From NCBI RefSeq assembly GCF_001194135.2, contig NC_068992.1, positions 60,922,289 to 60,986,288 of the forward strand: 64,000 nucleotides of DNA, given 5' to 3'. The stretch's first letter is position 1; the number at the start of each line of letters is the position of its first letter. Below are positions 25,574-38,640 of the stretch, one piece after another. The notes under the pieces were generated by a model, which was given only the letters and a program-made list of their open reading frames with translations, was not told the DNA's origin and ran no database searches. This stretch comes from Octopus bimaculoides (taxonomy: Eukaryota). The position numbers and the translations under genes are program-made.

Positions 25574-25877
25574 TATTGAAATGCTGAAGGCAGAGAGAAT
25601 ACCTTCTAGTGAACCTCATGTAAGCAAATGTTAGCAAATGTAAGTGGTTAAATGCAGTTTCAAGTAAAATGAAATATTTCTAACAGATGATTGTGAGTCA
25701 AATAAATACTTGGAAAATTTGGGGGTAGAGATTTCGTTGCTTTAATTACTGCTAAAATCTTGAGCCATAATTGCATTATGGCTTCTATCAAAAATGGTAA
25801 CTACGATTCAGAGAACAATAGAAGCAACTCTCTTTAGTAATCGACAAATAAATTTTTCCAATACTTTTCAAAAACAC

Positions 25878-26010
25878 CCCTTGAATATGCGACTATGTCT
25901 TGAATACGCGACCACAACTTGAACATGCAATCGTACCTTTACTATGCAACCACACCTTGAATATGAGACCATATCTTGAATATGAGACACATTGAATATG
26001 ACATCATTTG
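25878..26010. repeat. Degenerate ~18-19 bp tandem repeat CTTGAATATG(C/A)GAC
   Basis: About six related units are visible. Confidence 0.65.
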
Positions 26011-26138
26011 AGGATCTCACATCATAACAGATAAGGTTCTTTTGAAAAACGAAAAGGAATGTACAAAGGTTAGCCGCCACAAAATTGATTGTAACATTAA
26101 AAGAGCTGTTTATGTATGTATGTTTGTATGTACGTATC

Positions 26139-26169
<31 letters not shown>

Positions 26170-26485
26170 CGGCTTTGCCTTTCATCCTTTCGGGGTCGAT
26201 TAAATAAGTACCAGTAACGCACTGGAGTCGTTATAATCGACTTAATCCATTTGTCCCCTCTGTGTGTAGCCCCTTGTGGGCAGTAAAGAAATAAGAATCT
26301 TTAGCACGTCGGGCGAAATGCTTAGCGGTATTTCGTCTGTCTTTACGTTCTGAGTTCAAATTCCGCTGCGGTCAACTTTGCCTTTTATCTTTTCGGGGTC
26401 GATAAATTAAGTACCAGTTCCGTACTGGGGTCGATCTAATCGACTGATCCCCTCCCCCAAAATTTTGTGCCTTGAGTAGAAAAGC
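26170..26485 (+). mobile_element. Two adjacent family C SINE copies (first partial)
   Basis: TTTGCCTTTCATCCTTTCGGGGTCGAT..AAGTACCAG occurs twice. The second copy has TTAGCACGTCGGGCGAAATGCTTAGCGG. Confidence 0.8.
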
Positions 26486-26619
26486 ATATTTACATTTTCA
26501 TCAACTTTGAACATCTGAAAATGTATATTTCTAGGTTAAAACAGCGATCGGGTCATTGAAGTGTATTATAAATTTCTTTGCAGATTTCGTTCTGGCTCTC
26601 GGCCCTCCGAGTTCAAATC

Positions 26620-27050
26620 TCTTTTTCTCTCTCTCTATTTCTTTCTTTCTGCCTCTCTCTCTCTCTCTTTCTCACGCACCTCTCTCTCTCACGCCCTCAC
26701 TCTCTCACGTCATCACTCTCTCAGGCTCTCACACCCTTCTTTCTTTCGTGTCTCCCTTCTCTTATGCTTCTCTCTTCCACTCTCCTCTCTCTCTCTCTCT
26801 CTTTCTCAAGATCCCTCTTTCTCATGCCTCCTCTCTCTCTCTCTCACACACACTTCCTCTCTCTTATATCCCATCTCACGCTCTCAAGCTTCTCTCTCTC
26901 TCTCTCTCTCTCTCTCACGCCTCTCTCTCTCTCACGCCTCTCCCTCTCGCTCATGCCTCTCTCTCTCACGCCTCTCCCTCTCTATCTATCATACCTATGT
27001 ATCTATCTTTCTATTTATCTACCTATCCACCTACCTATCTATCTACCTCT
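26620..27050. repeat. ~430 bp polypyrimidine tract built of (TC)n-CACGC units, grading into (CTAT)n
   Basis: Directly visible. Confidence 0.85.
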
Positions 27051-27745
27051 CGCGACAAAGTCAAAAATGCCCAGGAAATACATGTTACGACATCGCCCAT
27101 CGCTCTTAAGACTCCAACATAACAAGGAGACTCAAGACAAGGCATCGACTATGAAATTAAGCGACCTCGAAAGGCCCACGCTTTAGATTGTTTATTTACT
27201 TACTTATCTATTCATTGATTCATTCATTTAATAATATTTCCTGTATGCGAGACTTTGATCTTCTGCAGCAAACCTTAGAATACTTCGGTCTAATCTTTGT
27301 GCTTTTGTGATTCGTAGCCAACGTTGACATTTTTCTTGGTCTACATCTACTCAGATCGGTAATGCTGGCTATTATCCATATAAGATATTTTCGCTTTTGT
27401 AATTCCATTACCACGACGTTTTGAGGTTTAATTTTTAGCTTTGTATTAAGATGGCTGTCTCTATTTAGATATATTTATGTCACAGAATTCGCCTCCGACA
27501 TTCACGTAACTATTATTTTTGTGTATTTGTATTTCAATGTTTCCTCTTGCCAGATTATGTAAGTGTATCTTGAGTATATATTGGCAAAACACCATACTGG
27601 AAGTGTGTCTGTTTTTATTTTTCTCTATAAGCTTTTTGCTTGTTTTGAGACAGTTACTCGTATTCGTATAACAATATCGTAGTGAATATCTGTGCGTATA
27701 TGGGTCGTATGCGTGATTACATATGTGTGTGTGTATTCGTCTGTA

Positions 27746-27817
<72 letters not shown>

Positions 27818-28377
27818 TACATACATGTACATACATACGCACACACATACATACATACATACATACATACATACATACATAACTATTGATTGCATAATAG
27901 TATTTTTGTTTCTGTTCTGGACTCGCTTATCTTAAGATATGTTTGCTTTTTTTCTATGTAACTTTTGTGCCATGAGGCAGCCAAGTATTTATGATATTCC
28001 ATTCATTCGTGTTTCATTCATGTACTTATTTACTACTCGTATATCTACCAGGATCTGCGTGCCATTTCACAGTAGACACGCACGCGCACACACATACATG
28101 CACAAACAGAAACACATACACACACGTACATATGTATACACATACACATGTCAGTGTTATGTGTAATTTCGTGCAACTATATGTGTGTGTGTGTGTGTGT
28201 GTGTGTATCAGTGTATGTAAAGATGTATGTGTAATTGCGTGCAACTATATATAGAGAGAGAGACAGACAGACAGAGAGAGACAGACAGATAGACGGAGAC
28301 AGAGACAGACAGACAAACAGGCACAATTGATGCGTGTACAAATGTGTGTGTACGTGTGTGTGTGTGTGTGTGTGTGC

Positions 28378-28415
<38 letters not shown>

Positions 28416-28464
28416 GAGTATGTATGTAGGCGCTATACATGCGTATAGGATGTGTAGTAAGAAG

Positions 28465-28800
28465 TTTGCTGAACTCAGCACAGCGTCTCGAGTTTAGTCC
28501 CACGGCGAGTCACCTTGGGTGATTGGCTTCCACTACAGCTTCTGGACTACACAAAGCCTTTTGAGTGGATTTATGTGTGTACGCGCGCGCGCGCGCGTGT
28601 GTGTGTGATCACCGCTTGACAACTGGTGTTGGTGTGTTTACGTCCCCGCGCCTAGCGGTTCGGCGAAAGAGACCGATAGAGTAAGTACCATTCTTATATA
28701 TATAAATAAAAATACTGGGGTCGATTCCTTAGACTAAAATCCTTCAAGGCGATGCCCCAGCATGACCGCAGTGTAATGACTGAAACAAGTAAAAGATGGG
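28465..28800 (+). mobile_element. Composite family A/B SINE
   Basis: Head TAGTCCCAC..AAAGCCTT, a (CG)n(TG)n linker, and tail CCGCTTGACAACTGGTGTTGG..CCCAGCATGACCGCAG. Confidence 0.75.
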
Positions 28801-28950
28801 AAGATGTAGATAATGTATACATTGTGTATTTGCCTGCGCTTTTATGACTCCAGGTCGGCTGGCAAATTCTCAACCTCATACATTGTATAACGGCTTAACT
28901 GTAAGAAATTGGTGATAATCAACCTGGACTCTTTGCGTAGGTGACTTGTG

Positions 28951-29024
28951 AGGCCAGCTCTGGAAAGGCCAGCTCTGGAAAGGTCAGCTCTGGAAAGGCC
29001 AGCTCTGGAAAGGCCAGCTCTGGA
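28951..29024. repeat. 15-bp minisatellite AGGCCAGCTCTGGAA x5
   Basis: Units start at 28951, 28966, 28981 (one mismatch), 28996 and 29011. Confidence 0.95.
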
Positions 29025-29424
29025 CCCATCGACATTCATCACATTCCATGTTCTTTTTTCTTGGTTGCGCCCATTCCAATAAAGATTTCTAGAACGTTCT
29101 GACGCCATTTACTTGAGTATAGAGAAATTGGAAGTGTCCATGACTCTTTTTAGGCCCTCTGAGATTTGAACTATTGCAGGTCAATATGTGCAGTAAGGCC
29201 ATCTGGAGGGAAGAGATTGCAGTGGGTCGATTCTCTGGGGAGGAAGGACTGGGCATTATGATTTGTGAAGGACTGGAGGTGGACGGCACAAAAGGATGAC
29301 AAGAGATGAAAGGACGAGTGGTCCGAGGTGCCTGAGAGGGGAACATATGAAGACACCCAGCTAGAGCAGCGAGGACGGGCATTTGCATGTGCGTGTGTGT
29401 GTGTGTGTGTGTGTGGATGTCGAT

Positions 29425-29720
29425 AAAATAAGTACCAGTAGAGTATTGGCGTCGATGCAATCGACCTAACCCTTTCCCCAAACCTGCTGGCCTTGTGCCA
29501 AAATTTGAAACCATTATTTAGGCAGCGAGCTGGAAACCGCACCGGACGATATATTTAGTGGCATTTCTTCCGGCTCTTTAAGTACTGACCTCAAATCTCG
29601 TTGAGCTCAACTTTGCCTTTCGTTCTCGCGTGGTCGATAACATAAAGTACGGGCCGTAGTGAGGTAATCGAGTTACTCACTCAACGCAGAAATTGTTGAG
29701 CTGGACTTCTGCCAAAATAA
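29425..29720 (+). mobile_element. Family C SINE tail followed by a second degenerate copy
   Basis: GTCGATAAAATAAGTACCAG..GGCCTTGTGCCAAAATTTGAAACC, then GGCAGCGAGCTGG. Confidence 0.7.
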
Positions 29721-30157
29721 GAAAGAATTATTATTTTTATTATTCAGCTATTTTTAAATCCTTTGTTAAGTATCGATATTTTTGTCGAGAATGTCACAGA
29801 TGTCTGGCAAAGGATTTAGAAATGAATGCAATGAAAAAATATTTCTGACAGAAATAGCTATTGATGTCGCTTACGACAAAGAGCAGCACTTCCGTTCAAC
29901 TACAGTATATGTTTTACTTTGTGTTGTTGAATCGTTTTGTTTTGTTTATGTTTTTGTTGTTTTATTGTACTAGTTTTTTGTACGTATATTTTTTCTTTCT
30001 TTTTTTTTCTTTAAATCTTGTCGCATCTTCGTATTGTATTTTTACTTCAGTGATTTCTTTCTCTCTGTTTTTATTTCTATATGTCAGCGTTTTATATGGT
30101 ATATACATACATAATATTGTGAGTGTGCGTGTGTATGGGTATGCATGCGTGCGTGTA

Positions 30158-30200
<43 letters not shown>

Positions 30201-30205
30201 GTGCA

Positions 30206-30600
30206 TAGGCAGAGGTGTGTGGTTAGAAGTTTGCTTCCCAACTTCTTTGTTCCGGGTTCCCTCCCGCTGCATGCAACCTTGGTCAGGTGTCTTCTGCTAT
30301 ACCAACGGGTAGATTAGAGCCTTGGGAAGCAGAAAGAAGCCAGTCGTACATATGTACGTGTGTGTGGGGTGTCTCTTTTGTACGTGTTTGCCCGCCACCA
30401 ACAGCACCACCACCGTTTTACGACCGGTGTTGGTGTGTTTACGTCCCCGTACCTTAACGGTTCGGCAAAAGATACTGATAGAATAAGTACCAGGCTTAAA
30501 AATAAGATAGGCACCGGGATAGATTAGTTCATTTCAAATTCCTCAAGTCGGTACCCCAGCATGACTGCAGTCTAATGACTGCAATAAGTAAAAGATAGAA
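30206..30600 (+). mobile_element. Composite family A/B SINE
   Basis: Head GTGTGGTTAGAAGTTTGCTTCCCAAC..CAGGTGTCTTCTGCTATA and tail CCGGTGTTGGTGTGTTTACGTCCCCG..CCCCAGCATGACTGCAG. Confidence 0.75.
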
Positions 30601-30826
30601 TATATAAAGATGAGGCCTTGATGAATGCCAATAGGCATGAAAGTATACTAGCCTTTATATATTTGATTCTCTATATTTAATGCTCAATATTTCATATATT
30701 CAATAAGACATTCAATACTTCATTTCATTTTACTATTTATATTATATATTCCATATTCTATATCCCACATTAATTCTATAAGAATATAAGTAAGACATAA
30801 AAAACAGAGTTGGAACTCTTTTAAAT

Positions 30827-30916
<90 letters not shown>

Positions 30917-31757
30917 CGTACTATTATCTGACAACATATCAGAAATTAGAATAGCTAGACTAGATAAAACTCATCACCTAGTTGTTCCAAATTTGTTTCA
31001 ACTTACTTCAGCACATACGCATTAAACTACGAAATTAGGCTTTATGTATCATTTTGTCGTTAATTAAATAAATAATGATTACTCTTGATCGAATCTGTAA
31101 TTTTCAATACAATTCCGATTTATCAATGCTTTTTTTTTTCTTTTTATTCATTTGTTTATTTTCTTTGTAATTTTAAATTTTAAATTGATAAAACTGTTGT
31201 TTACATAAATTGCGAGCTGNNNNNNNNNNNNNNNNNNNNNNNNNNNNNNNNNNNNNNNNNNNNNNNNNNNNNNNNNNNNNNNNNNNNNNNNNNNNNNNNN
31301 NNNNNNNNNNNNNNNNNNNNNNNNNNNNNNNNNNNNNNNNNNNNNNNNNNNNNNNNNNNNNNNNNNNNNNNNNNNNNNNNNNNNNNNNNNNNNNNNNNNN
31401 NNNNNNNNNNNNNNNNNNNNNNNNNNNNNNNNNNNNNNNNNNNNNNNNNNNNNNNNNNNNNNNNNNNNNNNNNNNNNNNNNNNNNNNNNNNNNNNNNNNN
31501 NNNNNNNNNNNNNNNNNNNNNNNNNNNNNNNNNNNNNNNNNNNNNNNNNNNNNNNNNNNNNNNNNNNNNNNNNNNNNNNNNNNNNNNNNNNNNNNNNNNN
31601 NNNNNNNNNNNNNNNNNNNNNNNNNNNNNNNNNNNNNNNNNNNNNNNNNNNNNNNNNNNNNNNNNNNNNNNNNNNNNNNNNNNNNNNNNNNNNNNNNNNN
31701 NNNNNNNNNNNNNNNNNNNNNNNNNNNNNNNNNNNNNNNNNNNNNNNNNNNNNNNNN

Positions 31758-31793
<36 letters not shown>

Positions 31794-33449
31794 GAAAATC
31801 GGAATAAAAATTGAAATTTCAACAATGTTTGCTTTTGGGTTTCTTGGTTTGTTTGTCTGTTTGGGGAAGTTCTTTCTTCAGTTTATTTCAAATCTTAGAT
31901 GTCTTCATAATTTTTTGTTTACCTGAGGTAGAAGAGATCGAATCTAAAATACATACATACTTACATATACAGAGCGTTATATATGTACTTACATATATAC
32001 ATGTATACTCATATATTTGTGCGTGCGTGCATGTGTGTCAGTGTGTATATGTGTAAGTATAAATATGTATACATGTACATGTATACGTGTGTGTGCTTAT
32101 ATGTATATATCCGTACATACAAGCATGCATTCATACATACATGCAATTAGATCTTCTTGGTTTCTGATTACATTTATAAAACCATCTCAGTTTTAAGATA
32201 ATCTGTTGATAAAAACTTCACAAAGAAATTGTTGTCATTTCAACTTTTATATCTGCAATATACACGCCGCACAAACACACACACACGCACATATATATAT
32301 ATATATATANNNNNNNNNNNNNNNNNNNNNNNNNNNNNNNNNNNNNNNNNNNNNNNNNNNNNNNNNNNNNNNNNNNNNNNNNNNNNNNNNNNNNNNNNNN
32401 NNNNNNNNNNNNNNNNNNNNNNNNNNNNNNNNNNNNNNNNNNNNNNNNNNNNNNNNNNNNNNNNNNNNNNNNNNNNNNNNNNNNNNNNNNNNNNNNNNNN
32501 NNNNNNNNNNNNNNNNNNNNNNNNNNNNNNNNNNNNNNNNNNNNNNNNNNNNNNNNNNNNNNNNNNNNNNNNNNNNNNNNNNNNNNNNNNNNNNNNNNNN
32601 NNNNNNNNNNNNNNNNNNNNNNNNNNNNNNNNNNNNNNNNNNNNNNNNNNNNNNNNNNNNNNNNNNNNNNNNNNNNNNNNNNNNNNNNNNNNNNNNNNNN
32701 NNNNNNNNNNNNNNNNNNNNNNNNNNNNNNNNNNNNNNNNNNNNNNNNNNNNNNNNNNNNNNNNNNNNNNNNNNNNNNNNNNNNNNNNNNNNNNNNNNNN
32801 NNNNNNNNNNNNNNNNNNNNNNNNNNNNNNNNNNNTTTGTATGTTCATCTATGTAACTGTGTATGCTTCTGTAAGGTAATGGATTGGCATGTTCTGTGTA
32901 TAAGTGTTCTGTTCAGGTAAAGTGAATGAAACTTAATAGTATGTGTATGTGAATGTGAGTCTCTGTATGTTTATATGTGAGTGTCCGTATGTGGAGACGG
33001 TGAAGATTGTGAAGTTGGAAGATTTAAACAGTAAGCAGCGTTACAAAAGAAAAGCAATGTGATTAGTTATTCTAGTTGCGTGAGATGTGTATAGGTGAAA
33101 CATAAGCGATTGCTCACTGTTGTGCAAACGTGAGGTACTCGGTTTCTGGTATATTCAACATCGCTGGTGGAGAGATGCGGGGAGGTGCGGCTATGGGGAA
33201 TTAAATTGACGATGTACAAACAAAAATTATCTGAAGTTGTTACGTTGGGCGTCTAAGAAGTGCAAATATAATCTGCCAGTCTTCAACCAGTTTCTGAAAT
33301 ATGCAAGCCACAAAACTAATCTTTAATACAGTAATTAACTTTCTTGAAGGTTTGGGGAAATGGTTAGGGGCATGGAATAAGTTAGGTCTACAATATTTAG
33401 GTGAGAGTACAGGTTTTTGCAGCGGGAGCAAATGTAGCAAAAGATCTAA

Positions 33450-34800
33450 ATTGTTTAGCGAAGGATGAAAAGCTTTGAACCACAAAGTCACGGAATTCGC
33501 TATAGTGTCTGAAGGAAAAGAAAAGGTGTCCTGGGAAGAGATGAGAATCAAATGCAATAGATAAAATTGGAGTACCACAGAATGTGTATTTGAGTGGATA
33601 ATGAGGCATGGTGTAAAGTGTAGAGAAATGAAAGGCAGTTGCTGGTAGGGTGAATATGGGACATGCTGACGGAGACGCAGTCCAAAGAAGGGGAACAAAG
33701 CCAGGCATCAGCGGCTGTTTGAGTGCAACTAGATCGTGTAATATAGCGGTTCCATTTGGTGCATTTGAGAATCAAAATCATTATCATGGCTACTGACGAA
33801 GCGGAGCCGAAGAATTGTGAGTAGGGAGACGTCGATTTGATATTAGGTCGTATTGAAAGATCATTTCATAGAAGACACGGGCGGAGAAGATAGTCAATAG
33901 AAACAGGGACGTTCAAGAATTTAACATACGTAGTACAAATGGTGATGGAGAGTGTAGGATAGGGTGAAAATAGTTGATGAAAACGACGATGGAGTTGAAC
34001 TGTTTGTTAGTAACAGAAATAGTGCTGGTACAGTCATCGATGTAACGATTGTATAGTTCTGGGATGGATTCGGTGAGTTAAGTGACGATTTGGATCCCAA
34101 AATGTTTAACAAACAAATCTCATCGTTGGGGCTCATCATGGTTCTCATGGCTATCTAATAACTTGCTTATAGAAGGCCTTCGAGGAGACTATGAGGACGA
34201 GTTCAGCGAAGTAGAGGAAATTAGAAGGGCTACTCTTGTACGTGGTATGAGGCTCAAGTAAGTAATGACTATGAAGGTGGTGAATGTGAGAAGGAGTGAA
34301 GAAGAAGAAGTGAATTGATGGATATAAGAGGACATACGTTGGTGGTTGTAAGGTTAAGATAATTTGTGGTTTAACGGCAGGCTGAAAAGTTGCCGAAGTG
34401 CTTTAGTCATGTCGAGAGGTAACATCATCTCTCCGCTACCTTTATCGAACGGCTTGAAAACCATATTGTGTCAATGTTCAAGGTGGCCAAATGCAGAGAC
34501 TTTAATATGGGAGATGTTGAAGCGCTATAGACGCTTTCGAAAATTGAAGCGGTTCAGTACGTGGATGCACAAAGTAGTAAACAGAACGAAGGTCTTGAAC
34601 TGTGCTATGGGCCGGATATTCAGTTCGTGGGAAACAAGCGAAGCTAGAGAAGCAATCAGAGTTATTGCTGGATTCTGAAAACATACTGATGAGGAGTTAT
34701 CTTCGTAATAAGAAAGACTCTTTAGTCCAAAACGCTGAACTGTTGCAATCACATCAAATTCGCTTTCCAGTGATGGAGAAAACTTCGTAGCTGTTAGAAA
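33450..34800 (-). mobile_element. Decayed Penelope-like element reverse transcriptase
   Basis: RYIDD at 34033-34047 followed by F.N..HP.L. Upstream is FAELVL..YKQ..AM.T.M.P and downstream is SPYSQF-RLR..S...DF..Q..QM. These are PLE RT signatures, with many stops and frameshifts. Confidence 0.75.
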
Positions 34801-36946
34801 CATTTTATAATAATGTAGTTTACTATAACATTACATCATATATTTAATCAAGAGTCTTCAACTATCACACTGTTCTAACAATATCCTATACATTGCTGTA
34901 CATGGCATTCTATATATTACTCTGCTTGAAGTTCTGTACATCGTTCTATATAGCATTTTCTAGCGACGCTCTACACCACATTCCTCATCACTAAGACCGT
35001 CTACACGGCATTCTTTATTAAGAAGAGTATTTTATAGTCCAGCTCCAATAAATCCATTTGATTCTTCAGTTATATTTTTGTTGTTGCTTAACCTCAGATC
35101 GACCCTCATCGTGTAAACCTATAATAAAAAATATTCCAGTTGTGATGATCGTGTCATTTAAAAAACTTTTTTCACAGGTATAATGTATCTCAATTGTCCA
35201 ATGTTCTCTTCCCTTTATAAGATAGAAGAGTGTGATCTGAGGTGAGATTATTTAATTATCATTTGTAGCAAATTGATTCGACTGAGTAGAAGATCCCTTA
35301 TTTGAAAGTTATCTTTGTCTTGTAGGAAATCGGGTGGTGGGGGCATTAGTTTAAAATCGTGAGACATTATTTTTGGGAGATATACCGCTAAACAAGGCTC
35401 GAAATATTTGAGTCAACGGCAGAATCGCTACTCAGTCACTCAAATTGCTAAAAATAGTCACCAAAATTTCCCTTGGGCCACAACCTGACATCCTGAGAAA
35501 AAAAGAATATATATTAAACGAGGAGCAGACAAAAATATGGCAGTCATGGTCACGCTTGGAATGTCTTACATAATAGACTTATTCGATGAGGACTGACTTG
35601 GAATTAAAGAAGAATGACAACATCAACAAGAGGTTATGTTGTATATAACAAAATATAACCAGTTTTGACAATAGGTTAACATCTCCGTTATGACCCGGTA
35701 TTATTTGCCGTTATGATAACAGAAGGTTAAGTTTGTTTCTATTAAAGACATAACATGATGTCCATCGTAATGGGAAACAACCAATCATATTTTTCATTTC
35801 CTCGGTGTCATAAAATAGGTTTTGATCTAAGGAAATTAAGTGATGATATGCGCTAGAAAAAAATATATATATGATCAGATAACAAAATTTGTAAAATACA
35901 ACAAACTCGTACGTCATTTAAAAACGTGGCTCTTGACATTCCAAGCAAAAACAAACAAAAATTATTATTACAAAAGTGAAAAAAAGGAAACTGGAATTCA
36001 AGTAAAGCTGTGAGGGGTTTTGTTGGCAAAAGAAAACAGTTAATAAAATTTCCAACATGAAATAAATTCATATGCTGATGTATATCGGCAGGATAGCTGG
36101 ATTTTTTGTTTTTGTTTTTTTGTTTTTTGCTTTTGTTGTTTGTCTAATAGTTGTTTACTACCGAAATTTTGTCATCTTCAACCGAGGCTCGTTTGCTTCA
36201 ATGACATTTACGAACACCCCTTCTCCCTACCTTTTTCTCTTCAAAGTATTTTATGCTTGTTAAGTGGTCCCTCTAAAAATGAACATTTATTTATTTTCAT
36301 ACTGTTATATATATATATATATATATATATATNNNNNNNNNNNNNNNNNNNNNNNNNNNNNNNNNNNNNNNNNNNNNNNNNNNNNNNNNNNNNNNNNNNN
36401 NNNNNNNNNNNNNNNNNNNNNNNNNNNNNNNNNNNNNNNNNNNNNNNNNNNNNNNNNNNNNNNNNNNNNNNNNNNNNNNNNNNNNNNNNNNNNNNNNNNN
36501 NNNNNNNNNNNNNNNNNNNNNNNNNNNNNNNNNNNNNNNNNNNNNNNNNNNNNNNNNNNNNNNNNNNNNNNNNNNNNNNNNNNNNNNNNNNNNNNNNNNN
36601 NNNNNNNNNNNNNNNNNNNNNNNNNNNNNNNNNNNNNNNNNNNNNNNNNNNNNNNNNNNNNNNNNNNNNNNNNNNNNNNNNNNNNNNNNNNNNNNNNNNN
36701 NNNNNNNNNNNNNNNNNNNNNNNNNNNNNNNNNNNNNNNNNNNNNNNNNNNNNNNNNNNNNNNNNNNNNNNNNNNNNNNNNNNNNNNNNNNNNNNNNNNN
36801 NNNNNNNNNNNNNNNNNNNNNNNNNNNNNNNNNNNNNNNNNNNNNNNNNNNNNNNNNNNNNNNNNNNNNNNNNNNNNNNNNNNNNNNNNNNNNNNNNNNN
36901 NNNNNNNNNNNNNNNNNNNNNNNNNNNNNNNNNNNNNNNNNNNNNN

Positions 36947-36979
<33 letters not shown>

Positions 36980-37321
36980 TAGATATGTAGATATATATAA
37001 AGAACGATTTATTCAGTTTGTACGTACGTCTTAAGTTTGAAACTGCTGCTGGTTACTTGGTTATTCACCAAGTAATTTAGACCATACACGTGATTTTATT
37101 CGTCTTGGTTCTATGACTGATGCAATGGGTGAGCACTAGCTACGTAATTATTTAGATTATTATTTTAGATAAGTCACCGTCCCATCCAGTATGAGAAAAA
37201 TCTCCCGTCTGCAAAACCCCATAAAACCAAACTCTTTCTGGGAGTTTACAAGAGCCGCCCTCGTAAACGTCCATAATGTCAAAGGAAACATTTTCAACAT
37301 AACATTTAATGGAAGGCGGCG

Positions 37322-37460
37322 GGCTGGCAGGATCGGTAGAACGCCAGGCAAAATGCTTAGTGGCATTTCGTTTGTCATTACGTTCTAAGATCAAATTCTG
37401 CCGAGGTCGACTTTGCTTTTCATTTTTTCAGGGTCGATAAGATCAATACCAGTTGAGCAC
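37322..37460 (+). mobile_element. Family C SINE
   Basis: GGGCTGGCAGGATCGGTAGAACGCCAGGCAAAATGCTTAG..GCCGAGGTCGACTTTGC. Confidence 0.75.
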
Positions 37461-37785
37461 TGGTTAACCAGGCTTAGAACCATAGCGTTTCAGCCATGAC
37501 TAGCCAATCTTATTTTCAGAGTATTGTATTCCGAGTATTGTATTAATCAAATATATCCTTAGTTTTTGAAGATGGTAGAAAGTATCGTTTGATAGAATTT
37601 TGACTGCTGTTTCTGGTGGGTCGAGCAACCATGTAGAAGCTCCGATTACAGCCCTTTTTTATATTCTAGATTTCAGTATTACCGTGATTAACGTTGCCTG
37701 TCATCCACCACCCCCACCCCACTTCTGCGAGATCAATAAAATAAAGTACCAATCAAGTACTGGACTCGACTGAATCTAATTATAT

Positions 37786-38640
37786 CAGTAGTTTCCGATC
37801 TATTCTTTCCTCTGCACCCCTATTAAAAATTACACCTAATTAAAAGGTTCGATTAATTTTCGTATTCCCTATGAAAATAATACCACATTGGAAGAGAAAA
37901 AGTTAATATTCAAATAATCTACTTAATTATAACACATTCATTTTTTAAAAGTTGAACCAGACACATACTTCTCTGAATGAACAAACTTATCTCAAAAGGT
38001 AAGCTTTTGACTCAGTGTATGTAGATTGAACAATTTGAAAAAAAGACTATAAACAATGAAATCAATCCCAATTGTAAACGACTTCTTTGTTTCTGTCTCT
38101 TATTCACAATTTTATTAAGACGTAAAACTTTCTCACTGATTGTGACCTACAAGTCTGCCTATAGATTCGATCAGGTTCAAACACGTATGTCGTTGGATAT
38201 GGAATATCGACACAGTTCTTGGTTACAATTTCTTAAGCGATAAAGCTACATTAGTTCAATGATAAATTTCTTGGTATCCTTCGTAGAATAGATTTTTTAA
38301 GAGTTAACTAATAATTTTATCCTAACAAACGTTTCCAACAAATTTTGGAGATGTATTCGCCAGGCAAATAATTTGACCTGAGACTGTGTGTTGAAACTAA
38401 AACGATTACAGCGTGGAAGACATATATTTGTCATTCAAAAACACACAGAGACTGTCAACTTCACAATGTTTAAGTGAAGTTAACAGTCTTTGTATGTTTT
38501 TGAACGGCTAATGTGTATGTTCCACGCTGTAATTGGTTTAATTCGAATAAAGTATATGTTTTTCCTCTCTGTCACATCATCATGAAATGTCATCCCGGAT
38601 CATCAGGAGGTCCTCTGCACCCCAGCTTTAAGAACTGCTG
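37786..38640. mobile_element. Possible old hAT/Charlie-like non-autonomous element
   Basis: Ends CAGTAGTTTCC... and ...CCCCAGCTTTAAGAACTGCTG resemble Charlie/MER5-type termini. The flanks AATTATAT and CGTTATAT share 6 of 8 nt. Confidence 0.4.
38392..38545. repeat. Imperfect palindrome, ~72 bp arms and 9 nt loop
   Basis: ATTACAGCGTGGAA..TTCAAAAACACACAGAGACTGTCAACTTCAC pairs with GTGAAGTTAACAGTCTTTGTATGTTTTTGAA..TTCCACGCTGTAAT. Confidence 0.85.

Noticed and set aside
26556-27186. Three overlapping Leu/Ser-rich ORFs of 182-202 aa
   Set aside because: All three frames are open only because the (TC)n tract cannot encode stops.
28951-29024. CRISPR-like direct repeats
   Set aside because: The units are head-to-tail with no spacers, in a eukaryotic context, so this is a minisatellite.
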